DNA of 64,000 bases from IMG/VR virus record IMGVR_UViG_3300043425_000861, one strand, 5' to 3'. Below, piece after piece: positions 40,788 through 49,701 of this stretch (the first letter of the stretch is position 1; each line of letters begins with the position of its first letter). Under the pieces are notes generated by a model. It ran no database searches. It worked only from the letters and a program-made list of their open reading frames with translations, and was not told where the DNA came from. Position numbers and translations under genes: made by a program. This DNA comes from a virus.

Positions 40788-42029
40788 TTATTGTCCTGAT
40801 AATGAGATTCCTAAACCCGATAACATATCTTGTAAACTTTCACCCGATACTTTAGGTGCGAGCTCCTCAATTAATTTTCTGAACTCGGATGTTGATTGTG
40901 TAACTTCTTCACTATCTACCTTTCTTGTTAAATCATAGTACATAGCACCAATCAACTTTTTACCCATTTCTGTGTTACCAATAACTTCCTTCATTAAAAC
41001 TAAAAATTCTTTTACAGGTAAATTGGCAACATTTGAATAAATGAAATATTGTAATTTTTTCTTGTCTTCTTCATTTTTAATTGATTCAGGATATAGAGCA
41101 TATAATCTTCTCCAAATAGCAGGACCTAATCTAATGTCCCAAATTTCGTGAAGTACGGTATCTTCTAAATCCATAGCTTTTTGAACTCTTTCAGGGTCTT
41201 CAGGATTTCTTTGTTTTGATAAGAACTCCATTACACCTTTAATCGTTTCGTGAATTAAGAAAGGAAATATAACTGCTCTTGCAATAACTGTTGGAGGATT
41301 TGTTGTTGAATCAAGTCTTGTTTTACCTGCACCTTGAGCTTCAGCGATTGTTGATTCCATCATTTCTTCAGGAAACTGCCAATAACCTAACATCATAGTT
41401 GAAACGAAAATTGCATATTTGTCTGTTAAATTCTGAACTCCCGTAATTCTTTGAATTTCAGGAATAACATCTTCAAACATCCAAGTACCATCAACTGCGT
41501 GACCTTGGGTCATTGCATTTAATAGTCTTCTTTTTGCTCTTTCTAAATTTAAAACCTCATCAACTAATTCTTCTTCTTGTTCTTGAACTTCCTCTTCTTC
41601 AGCATCTTGATTTACTTGAATGCTTTCAGATTGTAATTTAATATCGAATTGTAATCTATTTTCAGGAATCTTAAAATGTTCTCTGATTAATCTCTCACAT
41701 AGTTCTTCTAATTCGGCTTCGTGATTTCTTTCAGCATTTTGTATTTCAGATAATATTCTACTAGCTTGAATTGATAATTGATAATATCTACCTTGTATAC
41801 CGGTACCAATATTACTAACACCCGTATAACGTGATAATCTACCTAATGCGGTCGAATATTCATCACTGGCTAATAATTCTTCGTAGTTGTTATATCCTTC
41901 TTCGTTTGGTTCAGGAAAATCAACTTTTTTAAATGGGGTTTCTCTATCGACTAATTTATTAGTTACACCTGAATCAGGTCTACTATTATCATCAAATCTC
42001 ATATCCTCATTAAATTCTTTATTTGCCAT
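40788..42029 (-). CDS. Hypothetical (probable virion) protein
   Basis: 413 aa; PFLIHETIKG contains a partial HE motif. Confidence 0.6.
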   Translation of the reverse strand: MANKEFNEDMRFDDNSRPDSGVTNKLVDRETPFKKVDFPEPNEEGYNNYEELLASDEYSTALGRLSRYTGVSNIGTGIQGRYYQLSIQASRILSEIQNAERNHEAELEELCERLIREHFKIPENRLQFDIKLQSESIQVNQDAEEEEVQEQEEELVDEVLNLERAKRRLLNAMTQGHAVDGTWMFEDVIPEIQRITGVQNLTDKYAIFVSTMMLGYWQFPEEMMESTIAEAQGAGKTRLDSTTNPPTVIARAVIFPFLIHETIKGVMEFLSKQRNPEDPERVQKAMDLEDTVLHEIWDIRLGPAIWRRLYALYPESIKNEEDKKKLQYFIYSNVANLPVKEFLVLMKEVIGNTEMGKKLIGAMYYDLTRKVDSEEVTQSTSEFRKLIEELAPKVSGESLQDMLSGLGISLSGQ

Positions 42030-42813
42030 TTTTTAAAACGTTTCTGATTTTTTTCATAATTGACTCTGAAATAGAATCAGCACCTTTTGGTTGATTCATT
42101 GACCTCAAAATATTTTTAAATTCCATAAAAGCCGGCATACTTCCACCATTTCCTTTTTCGAACTTAGGTCTTGGGTCAGGTCCTTCACCAGGATTTTGCC
42201 AAGGGTCAATGAAAGGGTCTTTATCAGGTGATGGTGGTGCATCAATATCAGGGTCAATATCAATATCAGGTTCTACATCGATATCTGGTTCCATTACATC
42301 TGGCTGTTCGTGTAGTTTCATTTTGATAAGTTCCATAATTTCATCTTTAGTTGTTAATGAATGATAATCATTTTCTACCAAAGAATCAACCCACTCTTTA
42401 ATTTCTTTTTTATCAATATCCTCTAATTTCTTTTTATCCAACTTCTTCTTGTCACCACATTTACAACCAACTACTCCACATTTTGGACAACACTCTTCTT
42501 TAACTTCTTTCTTCTGACCTTTTAATATTTTGAAATCTTGACCATCAATCTTACCATTGTGGTTTTTATCTAATTTCTTTTGTTTACCAACTAATTTTTC
42601 AGTTAACTCAACGTCAATCCCACCATCAGTAACTTGTTTAATTTTATCAGGAGGTGTATTTGCAGGCATTTTAACCTTACCTTTACCACTCACGGCTTGT
42701 TCACCAAGTATTCTTTCAGATAACATTTCCAATTGTTTATCTGACATAACAACTAAAGTTGATTGTGAAAATCCTTCTTTAACTAATAAACCAACAATTT
42801 GATTGCGTTTCAT
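42019..42813 (-). CDS. Putative internal head protein
   Basis: EF-hand-like LDKNHNGKIDGQDF, Cys cluster, PDID repeats, C-terminal ISESIMKKIRNVL. Confidence 0.5.
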   Translation of the reverse strand: MKRNQIVGLLVKEGFSQSTLVVMSDKQLEMLSERILGEQAVSGKGKVKMPANTPPDKIKQVTDGGIDVELTEKLVGKQKKLDKNHNGKIDGQDFKILKGQKKEVKEECCPKCGVVGCKCGDKKKLDKKKLEDIDKKEIKEWVDSLVENDYHSLTTKDEIMELIKMKLHEQPDVMEPDIDVEPDIDIDPDIDAPPSPDKDPFIDPWQNPGEGPDPRPKFEKGNGGSMPAFMEFKNILRSMNQPKGADSISESIMKKIRNVLKNGK

Positions 42814-42814
42814 T

Positions 42815-43213
42815 TTAAAATTTGTATTTAATTTCTTCATTTATTAATCTTAAACCCTTCGACTCCAACTTCTCAGTGATACTATCAATGTCCTCACCGA
42901 AATGAAAAGAAACTCTTTCAGGTCTTTCTTCTGAATGTATATCAAAAGGTTCCCATCCTAAAGCAACAATTCCATCTACGGCATCTATCATTCCAAAGTA
43001 ATCTGAATTTTGAACCAAATCTAATTCTAATTCTGAGTTTTTTAATAAACCCACTAAATTAATTTGTTCTAATTCAGGTGGAATTGCTCTACCCGAAGAT
43101 GGAATTATAAACCATTCATCCATTAATACATCAATATCGTTACCGAATATAAATTCGTATTGTCGTTGACCTTTATAGTCTCGTCCTAACTCATTGATGT
43201 ATAAAAGAAACAT
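42815..43213 (-). CDS. Hypothetical protein
   Basis: 132-aa coupled ORF. Confidence 0.6.
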   Translation of the reverse strand: MFLLYINELGRDYKGQRQYEFIFGNDIDVLMDEWFIIPSSGRAIPPELEQINLVGLLKNSELELDLVQNSDYFGMIDAVDGIVALGWEPFDIHSEERPERVSFHFGEDIDSITEKLESKGLRLINEEIKYKF

Positions 43214-44598
43214 TATTGTTCAAAGTGTTTTCTTAATGTTTCTTTAACACTATTATTAATCATATCGGTTAACTCATTGATATCGACTTCTTTAGTTACT
43301 ACTTCATCCATATCTCCATATTGTTGTCTATCAAAGTGAGCCAAATGTGCGTCATTATCAAAACCGCCCTCTGGTTCATTTTCCATTGATTTAGCCATTT
43401 CCAATTCTTTGTTGAATAAGTTTTCCAACTCTGACTCATCTCCCATTGGGTCTTCTTCTTTTAAATCAAAATTGAACATATCACCATATTCGTCATCACC
43501 AAAGATATCAGCATCACTATCGTAATTATCTGAATCCATTGAAGCTTGTCTAAAATACAAATCTTCTTCACTATCAGGTTCAACAAAATGTTTTGTTTTC
43601 TTTCTTACCTTTTCTTTTTCTAAATCAATATTTGAATCCAACGCATCGTGACGACCAACAGGACCCTCATCTTCAAACTCATCCTCATCATCAAATCCCA
43701 TTTCTTCAGGTTGTATTTGAGTGTCGAAATCATCGAAACCTTCGTCAAAACTCATATTAACTAAATTTTCTAACGCATCAATTCCATCCATTTCACCCAA
43801 TTCAGATTCATAACCTGCTTCAGGTGTCGGCATTTCAGAAGGTAATTCTTCACCACCTAATCCATCTTCACCTTCGAAATCTTCCTCATCTTCAAATTTA
43901 CTTAGAATTTCTTCTTTATCGTCCATTTCTAATTTATCTAAATTAACAGCAGATAAAACAGAATTGATAATGTACTTAATGTCATCACTTTCCAAATCAT
44001 CTTGGATATCTCTAATTTTTTGACCTAATTTACCTGTTAGCTTTTGAACGACTTTTAATTTATCGTCACCACCTTCTTCATCACCCATTTCAGGTTCTGC
44101 ACCCATTTCAGGTTCTGTACCCATTTCAGGTTCTGTACCCATTTCAGGAGCTGCACCCATATCAGGAGATGCTGGTGGTAATGCAGGAGGCATTTCGGCA
44201 GCAACCTCAGCAGGTGCTGGTGGTGCAACCTCAGCAGGTGCAGATTTACCAGTTTTTAAAACATATTTTGTTTCTTCTTGTAAATTATCTTGTCCTTTTA
44301 AAAGTTCTAATCTTTTAAGAGCTTCAGCGTATGAGGAGAATCTATTCTTATTCTTCATAAACATACCACCGATATAGTCTAACGAATTTTCGTTCAAACC
44401 TCTTTTTACGTAGTACCCATCTTTTTCTTTGACTACACCATATAAACCTGACTTTGTTGATTCAGATAGATATTCTGCAGATTTAGATGTTGCAACATTC
44501 TTATTATTGTTGTTGTTATAGTAGGTAAGCTCGAGAATTCTCTTTAATTTCTCATCTCCGCTTAATTTTTCACTACCGAGTGGTTTTATATCTCCCAT
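43213..44598 (-). CDS. Acidic internal head/core protein
   Basis: Very acidic, PEMG repeats, L-x-E sites, late motif upstream. Confidence 0.55.
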   Translation of the reverse strand: MGDIKPLGSEKLSGDEKLKRILELTYYNNNNNKNVATSKSAEYLSESTKSGLYGVVKEKDGYYVKRGLNENSLDYIGGMFMKNKNRFSSYAEALKRLELLKGQDNLQEETKYVLKTGKSAPAEVAPPAPAEVAAEMPPALPPASPDMGAAPEMGTEPEMGTEPEMGAEPEMGDEEGGDDKLKVVQKLTGKLGQKIRDIQDDLESDDIKYIINSVLSAVNLDKLEMDDKEEILSKFEDEEDFEGEDGLGGEELPSEMPTPEAGYESELGEMDGIDALENLVNMSFDEGFDDFDTQIQPEEMGFDDEDEFEDEGPVGRHDALDSNIDLEKEKVRKKTKHFVEPDSEEDLYFRQASMDSDNYDSDADIFGDDEYGDMFNFDLKEEDPMGDESELENLFNKELEMAKSMENEPEGGFDNDAHLAHFDRQQYGDMDEVVTKEVDINELTDMINNSVKETLRKHFEQ

Positions 44599-44668
44599 TT
44601 TTAATATTATTAAATGAAATTATTCTTATCATATAAATACATAGATATATGAAAAAAAATATGGTTTA

Positions 44669-45460
44669 TTATTGTGCTACGGATAATTTCTTATTTTGAA
44701 TCCCCTTTTTGATACCCATTAATTTCTCAATGTATCCATTTCTCCTAAGTAATTTGAAGGTTAAATTTTCATAAGAATACTCCCCGCCCTTCTCGAGACC
44801 TGATTGTCTAAATTGTTTTAATTTGGTTTTTACATCATCAACGTCCTTTGAAACGTCTTTTCCTGATTCTGAGGATTTAACCAATGAATCTATTAATTCG
44901 GCATATTCTTGACCCTTTTCCATAATGGTGCGGTCATCAATGAACTCCTTACCCTTTTTAGGCTCAATTATCCATTTGTTATTTAATATTGAATAGACTC
45001 CCGTCGAGAGGTGTTTTTCATTTGAATCTTGAACATAAAGTTCAACATCATATCCTTTTATTTTTATATCGTGTTCCGAGTTCCAATTGTTTTTCTTTGA
45101 ATCAAAGAATTGTTTAATTATTTTCTTCATTGACGTCGAATCTTTTTTATTCGAGTCATTAAAATCATTGAAATCTACTAATACGTGTAAATCAACATCC
45201 GAATATTCAGACCAATTAAAATTTGATAATGAGCCTGTTAAATGAATATCATCAATAAAAAAATCAATACCGATGAATTCCACAAACTTATCCGCAATTT
45301 CTAATAATTTAGTTCTAATGTTATCCTTCATAATAAAAGAACCATTATCCTCCTCAAATATATCAGGGGATAACGATTCTTTAGAATAAAAAGACTTAAC
45401 TATCTTTTGGTCTAATTCACTATCTTCAAAAAGTTCATCAACCAAAGACTTATTTGTCAT
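44669..45460 (-). CDS. Pol-beta-superfamily nucleotidyltransferase
   Basis: LTGS..NFNW..YSDVDLH (GS...DxD) plus VELY. Confidence 0.75.
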   Translation of the reverse strand: MTNKSLVDELFEDSELDQKIVKSFYSKESLSPDIFEEDNGSFIMKDNIRTKLLEIADKFVEFIGIDFFIDDIHLTGSLSNFNWSEYSDVDLHVLVDFNDFNDSNKKDSTSMKKIIKQFFDSKKNNWNSEHDIKIKGYDVELYVQDSNEKHLSTGVYSILNNKWIIEPKKGKEFIDDRTIMEKGQEYAELIDSLVKSSESGKDVSKDVDDVKTKLKQFRQSGLEKGGEYSYENLTFKLLRRNGYIEKLMGIKKGIQNKKLSVAQ

Positions 45461-45702
45461 ACTAACCTCTTAAATTTATATTTGCCGTTTATGTTACTAT
45501 TCAAAAATTTACCTTGAGATTCAGACATTCTAAACTTAGTGAACTTGTCCCAAGGGAATTCATAGTATTCATAAATAGAACCATTATTAAATGTAATCGT
45601 TAAAGTTTCGGTTTCTGTATTAAAACCCGCACTTTTAAGATTACTTGAGTTGATTTCAACTAAGATGGTTTTACCATCAATTTTTTCACTTATAATACCC
45701 AT
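45457..45702 (-). CDS. KTSC domain protein
   Basis: SSNL...G......L.I.F.NG..YEY..........S.GKF.N.NI pattern. Confidence 0.9.
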   Translation of the reverse strand: MGIISEKIDGKTILVEINSSNLKSAGFNTETETLTITFNNGSIYEYYEFPWDKFTKFRMSESQGKFLNSNINGKYKFKRLV

Positions 45703-45778
45703 ATCTTATATTTTTTAGTATTATTAATATACGAAATTTTTAGTTAATAATCAAATACTATAATATAAATATCAAATA

Positions 45779-45803
45779 AAAAACCCCGATTACTCGGGGT
45801 TTC
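45779..45803. terminator. Terminator after the hsp20 gene
   Basis: AAACCCCGA-TTAC-TCGGGGTTT. Confidence 0.75.
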
Positions 45804-45806
45804 ATT

Positions 45807-46175
45807 TTAATTGAGGGAGATTAGACGTTCTATCGATTTTTTCTTATCTATCGGTAGGTTTAATTCGAGAATACCATTCTCAACTTTACCCACAATATCC
45901 TTCTCTTTTACATCGTCAGGGATATTATATGATTTGACGAAACTACTAGTGAAGTAGACACTATCGTCACTCTCCTCTTTCTCGAAGGAAATTTTAAGTA
46001 TTCCTTCCTTTGTAGAAATTTTTAAATCTTCCTTTGTTAAGCCAGGAACACTCATTAAAACTACGTATTCGGTTTCAGTTTTTCGAACGCGAGTTTCAGG
46101 ACTTTTTAGGTACTTTGATGTTTCGAATACACTTTCGAAACCTTGGAAAAACGGGTCTTTAAATAATGTTATCAT
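45807..46175 (-). CDS. Small heat-shock protein (Hsp20)
   Basis: VPGL.KEDL.I, F.KSY.IP.DV, ENGIL.L.LP motifs. Confidence 0.93.
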   Translation of the reverse strand: MITLFKDPFFQGFESVFETSKYLKSPETRVRKTETEYVVLMSVPGLTKEDLKISTKEGILKISFEKEESDDSVYFTSSFVKSYNIPDDVKEKDIVGKVENGILELNLPIDKKKSIERLISLN

Positions 46176-46218
46176 AGTATATTAAATTTTATTATACTAT
46201 AATCAATTTTTTTGCCAA

Positions 46219-46272
46219 ATGTCTAAAACTGACATTTAGACATTAGTTAGACATTTTTTTAGACATTTTGTC
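46219..46272. promoter_or_regulatory. Repeated GACAT operator-like boxes between the divergent hsp20 and clp genes
   Basis: ATGTC(TAA) at 46219 and GACAT at 46231, 46239, 46250, 46262. Confidence 0.55.
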
Positions 46273-46277
46273 CGCGA

Positions 46278-46309
46278 TTTGTTTTTTTGAATGAAAAATG
46301 TTAAGTTTG
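46278..46309 (+). promoter_or_regulatory. Bacteroidota sigma-A-type promoter for clp
   Basis: TTTG (46278-81), 20 nt, TAAGTTTG (46302-09). Confidence 0.65.
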
Positions 46310-46332
46310 TATAAATACTAAATCATACACAT

Positions 46333-48354
46333 ATGTCGGTAGACTTTTTAGAAGACGGAGGTGCTAAACCTAATCAAAAAAATAGAAGAGGAACTTCTAC
46401 AACACCAATACTTGATAATTTTTCAAGAGACTTAATTAAACTCGCCGAAGAAGGAAAGATTGACCCTGTTGTAGGAAGAGATAACGAAGTAAAAAGAATT
46501 TCACAAATTCTTTCTCGTAAAAAAAAGAATAACGTAGTAATTGTGGGTGATGCGGGTGTTGGTAAATCTGCACTCGTTGAAAAACTTGCAATACAAATTC
46601 ACAAAGGTAATTGTCCTAGTAATTTGTTAGATAAAAGATTAGTCTCTTTAGATTTAACTTCACTCGTTGCCGGTACAAAATACAGAGGTCAATTTGAAGA
46701 AAGAATTAAAGCAATTTTGAATGAACTTCAAGAAAACCCTAACGTAATTGTATTCATTGATGAATTACATACAATGGTAGGTGCGGGTAACGCTAGCGGT
46801 GCTATGGATGCCGCCAATATCTTAAAACCGGCATTGGCTCGAGGTGAAATGCAATGTATCGGTGCAACAACATTTGATGAATTTAAAAAACATATTGAAA
46901 AAGATTCTGCGTTGGTTAGAAGATTTCAAAAAATTATCTTGAAAGAACCAACACAATCTGAAACGATTGAAATATTGAAGAACTTAAAGTCTTCATATGA
47001 AGAATTTCATAAAGTTGAATATCAAGATAATGTTGTTGAAACAATAACAACTTTAGCATTAAGATATATTACTGATAGACAATTTCCTGATAAGGCGATT
47101 GATATTTTAGATGAGTTAGGTTCAGACAAAAAAATCTCAGGTAAAATTCCTGAAATAATTGAAACCCTTAAGAAAGACGCCGAAGAGATAAAAGAAAAAA
47201 AGGTTCAAGTAGTTAAAAATCAAAATTACGAGCAAGCTGCTAAATTGAGAGATGAGGAAAGAAAGATATTAAAGAAGCTTGACGACGAAAAAGAAAAATG
47301 GACCTTAAAACAAAAAGAAAATAAAACTCCCGTAACCGTTGAGGATGTTTATGAAATTGTATCTAATATGACGGGAGTACCAATTAGTAAATTGGATTCC
47401 AAAGAAACTGAAAAGTTATTAAAATTAGAAAATATATTATCATCTAAAGTTATTGGTCAAGATGATGCTATTAGAACAATCTCAAAAGCAATAAGAAGAA
47501 ACCGTGTTGGTATTAAAGATACTAATAAACCGATTGGTTCATTTATTTTCTTAGGTTCTACAGGTGTTGGTAAAACATTTTTAGCAAAGTCATTGGCTGA
47601 AACATTATTCGGTGACCCTAATAAAATAATTAGGGTTGATATGAGTGAATTTATGGAGAAACACAATGTTTCAAGATTAATTGGTTCTCCTCCGGGTTAT
47701 GTTGGTTATGATGAAGGAGGTCAACTAACAGAAAAAGTAAAAAACAATCCGTTCTCTGTAATATTATTTGATGAGATTGAGAAAGCACATAAAGATGTAT
47801 TCAATATCTTATTACAAATACTTGACGAAGGTCACTTGACAGATTCCTTCGGAAGAAAGGTAAACTTCACCAATACGTTGATTATTATGACATCAAACGT
47901 AGGTGCTAAAAAGGTTATGGATTTTGGTGATGGTATGGGTTTTGCAACTAACAGTAAAGAAATTCAAAAGGAGGAGGTTAAAAAATCAATAATCCAAAAA
48001 GCATTAAAACAACAATTCAATCCTGAGTTTTTAAATCGTATTGATGATGTCATCACATTCAATCCACTAAATGATGATACACTGAAGAAAATCATTGATA
48101 TCGAATTGACAAGATTAAATGACCGATTGAAGGAGAAGAACTTTAAGATTACTTTTGATAAATCAGTAATTGCAAAAATTCACGAATTAAATTCTGAAGA
48201 AGAATATGGTGCAAGACCAATTAAAAGAATAATTCAAAATCTATGTGAAGATTTTTTAAGTGAGGAGATATTAAAAGGTAATATTGTTGAAAATATTGCT
48301 GTTACACTTAAATTTAAAGACGAAAAATTAACATTTACAAAAAAAATATTGTAA
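46333..48354 (+). CDS. ClpC/ClpB-family AAA+ ATPase lacking the N-domain
   Basis: Two AAA modules (GDAGVGKS/FIDELH; GSTGVGKT/LFDEIEKAH), UVR-like NYEQAAKLRD, YGARP. Confidence 0.95.
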   Translation: MSVDFLEDGGAKPNQKNRRGTSTTPILDNFSRDLIKLAEEGKIDPVVGRDNEVKRISQILSRKKKNNVVIVGDAGVGKSALVEKLAIQIHKGNCPSNLLDKRLVSLDLTSLVAGTKYRGQFEERIKAILNELQENPNVIVFIDELHTMVGAGNASGAMDAANILKPALARGEMQCIGATTFDEFKKHIEKDSALVRRFQKIILKEPTQSETIEILKNLKSSYEEFHKVEYQDNVVETITTLALRYITDRQFPDKAIDILDELGSDKKISGKIPEIIETLKKDAEEIKEKKVQVVKNQNYEQAAKLRDEERKILKKLDDEKEKWTLKQKENKTPVTVEDVYEIVSNMTGVPISKLDSKETEKLLKLENILSSKVIGQDDAIRTISKAIRRNRVGIKDTNKPIGSFIFLGSTGVGKTFLAKSLAETLFGDPNKIIRVDMSEFMEKHNVSRLIGSPPGYVGYDEGGQLTEKVKNNPFSVILFDEIEKAHKDVFNILLQILDEGHLTDSFGRKVNFTNTLIIMTSNVGAKKVMDFGDGMGFATNSKEIQKEEVKKSIIQKALKQQFNPEFLNRIDDVITFNPLNDDTLKKIIDIELTRLNDRLKEKNFKITFDKSVIAKIHELNSEEEYGARPIKRIIQNLCEDFLSEEILKGNIVENIAVTLKFKDEKLTFTKKIL

Positions 48355-48468
48355 ATAGTTGACTTTTTATGAGAATCATATATATTTATATTCTCAAAGG
48401 TTCTCTTTGTCGATTACCTTTTCGTTTTTTTTCATAAGTAAGTGGGGTTGAACCCACCGAAAGACCTT

Positions 48469-48498
48469 AAAACCCCGACAGACTGTTGGGGTTTTTTA
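48469..48498 (+). terminator. Intrinsic terminator
   Basis: AAAACCCCGACAG-A-CTGTTGGGGTTTTTT. Confidence 0.8.
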
Positions 48499-48547
48499 TT
48501 TCCAAATATTTTGTTTTATTGATTAAATTATGTATATTTACAATAGT

Positions 48548-48733
48548 ATGAAAAAATATATATTAATCTTCGGTATTTTTGCCTCTTTGGCATTAACTGC
48601 CTGTGGTAGCGGGTCAACCACAAATGAAACAACTGACTCAACTGCGACTCAAGTTGATACAACTGCAGTAACTGCAACTGACTCAACAACAAGTCAGATT
48701 CCAACTGACAGCACTTCAACTGAAGTAAAATAA
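48548..48733 (+). CDS. Small Bacteroidota-type lipoprotein
   Basis: MKKY...LALTAC lipobox followed by DST/DTT repeats. Confidence 0.8.
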   Translation: MKKYILIFGIFASLALTACGSGSTTNETTDSTATQVDTTAVTATDSTTSQIPTDSTSTEVK

Positions 48734-48791
48734 GTTTGGAGAGGAGGGGATTCCCTCCTCCCTTCTTTTTAATCGTAACCTAATTTATTTT

Positions 48792-48944
48792 ATGAATCAG
48801 AAACGAAACAACACAATACTATTTGTAATAAATTTATTGATGCTTATTTCTCTTTTTTTCGTTGTAGAACATTATAGAAAAGAGGTTTATTCTTTAAAAC
48901 AACAAATAGATTATTTGGAGAAAATAGTTATTAACAAAAGATAA
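48792..48944 (+). CDS. Small single-TM protein (50 aa, not in ORF track)
   Basis: MNQKRNNTILFVINLLMLISLFFVVEHYRKEVYSLKQQIDYLEKIVINKR*. Confidence 0.5.
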   Translation: MNQKRNNTILFVINLLMLISLFFVVEHYRKEVYSLKQQIDYLEKIVINKR

Positions 48945-49005
48945 AAATATTTTTTTTTGTTAAAGGTTTTTACTTATTTTGTACTTCTAACCAAACACTA
49001 TTTAA

Positions 49006-49353
49006 ATGTCAAACTACACACCTAAACCTCCGAGAAAAAGAAGTTCCCAACCCGATATTGTATTAAACATAGAGGGTAGTTTTAACGATTTTACCGATTT
49101 TTACGACGGTAATAAAGAAGTCATTTACAAAAACATTTTAGATTTATTTGAGGCGTTAAAAACCACCAAAAAGAAAAAACTAACTTTATCCGTGGTTGCT
49201 AAAATTAGGGGATTAGAGTGGGATACAGATTTCACCTTTTCCAAAGATGATAAAGAAACCCTACTTAGAGATGTGATGCCGTATTTTGAACAGGTTGAGG
49301 ATTATGAAGTCTGTTCAAAAATAATAAAGTTACACAAGGACTTGACTATTTGA
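49006..49353 (+). CDS. Hypothetical protein
   Basis: 115 aa; UVR-like C-terminus YFEQVEDYEVCSKI. Confidence 0.6.
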   Translation: MSNYTPKPPRKRSSQPDIVLNIEGSFNDFTDFYDGNKEVIYKNILDLFEALKTTKKKKLTLSVVAKIRGLEWDTDFTFSKDDKETLLRDVMPYFEQVEDYEVCSKIIKLHKDLTI

Positions 49354-49377
49354 AAATAATGGTTTAAATTTTATTAG

Positions 49378-49445
49378 TATCGTTAAGAGATACGTTTAGT
49401 TTTTTTGTCAATGAACCCCTGATGTTTCTACATTGGGGGTTTTTT
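49378..49445 (+). ncRNA. Candidate antisense small RNA (hairpin, 19-nt seed, terminator)
   Basis: GTATC/GATAC hairpin, seed identical to plus-strand 53894-53912, then an AACCCCTGATG/CATTGGGGGTT terminator. Confidence 0.55.
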
Positions 49446-49560
49446 ATTTTTAAAAAATTTAATTGTATTTTATAAAGAACTTCTTGTTATAATCCTATTA
49501 TTCTCGGTATTCTAATATTTTTGTTGTATTTTTCTCATACTTATATTAAAAAAATACAAT

Positions 49561-49701
49561 ATGTTAAACTTAATTATCGGAATCTTTGTCTTATGTTCCT
49601 CTTTTGGAATCACTCTATCAAAAATAACATCGGATTATGGTGTCAAAAAAAATAGACAACATATAAAACCTTTAACTATAGACAAAGAAATAGTGTTATA
49701 A
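49561..49701 (+). CDS. Small membrane peptide (46 aa, not in ORF track)
   Basis: MLNLIIGIFVLCSSFGITLSKITSDYGVKKNRQHIKPLTIDKEIVL*. Confidence 0.4.
   Translation: MLNLIIGIFVLCSSFGITLSKITSDYGVKKNRQHIKPLTIDKEIVL

Noticed and set aside
49533-49545. Third antisense seed TTTTTCTCATA matching the start of the 51878-52699 gene
   Set aside because: Only about 11 nt of T-rich match, expected by chance, and no terminator defines an RNA.
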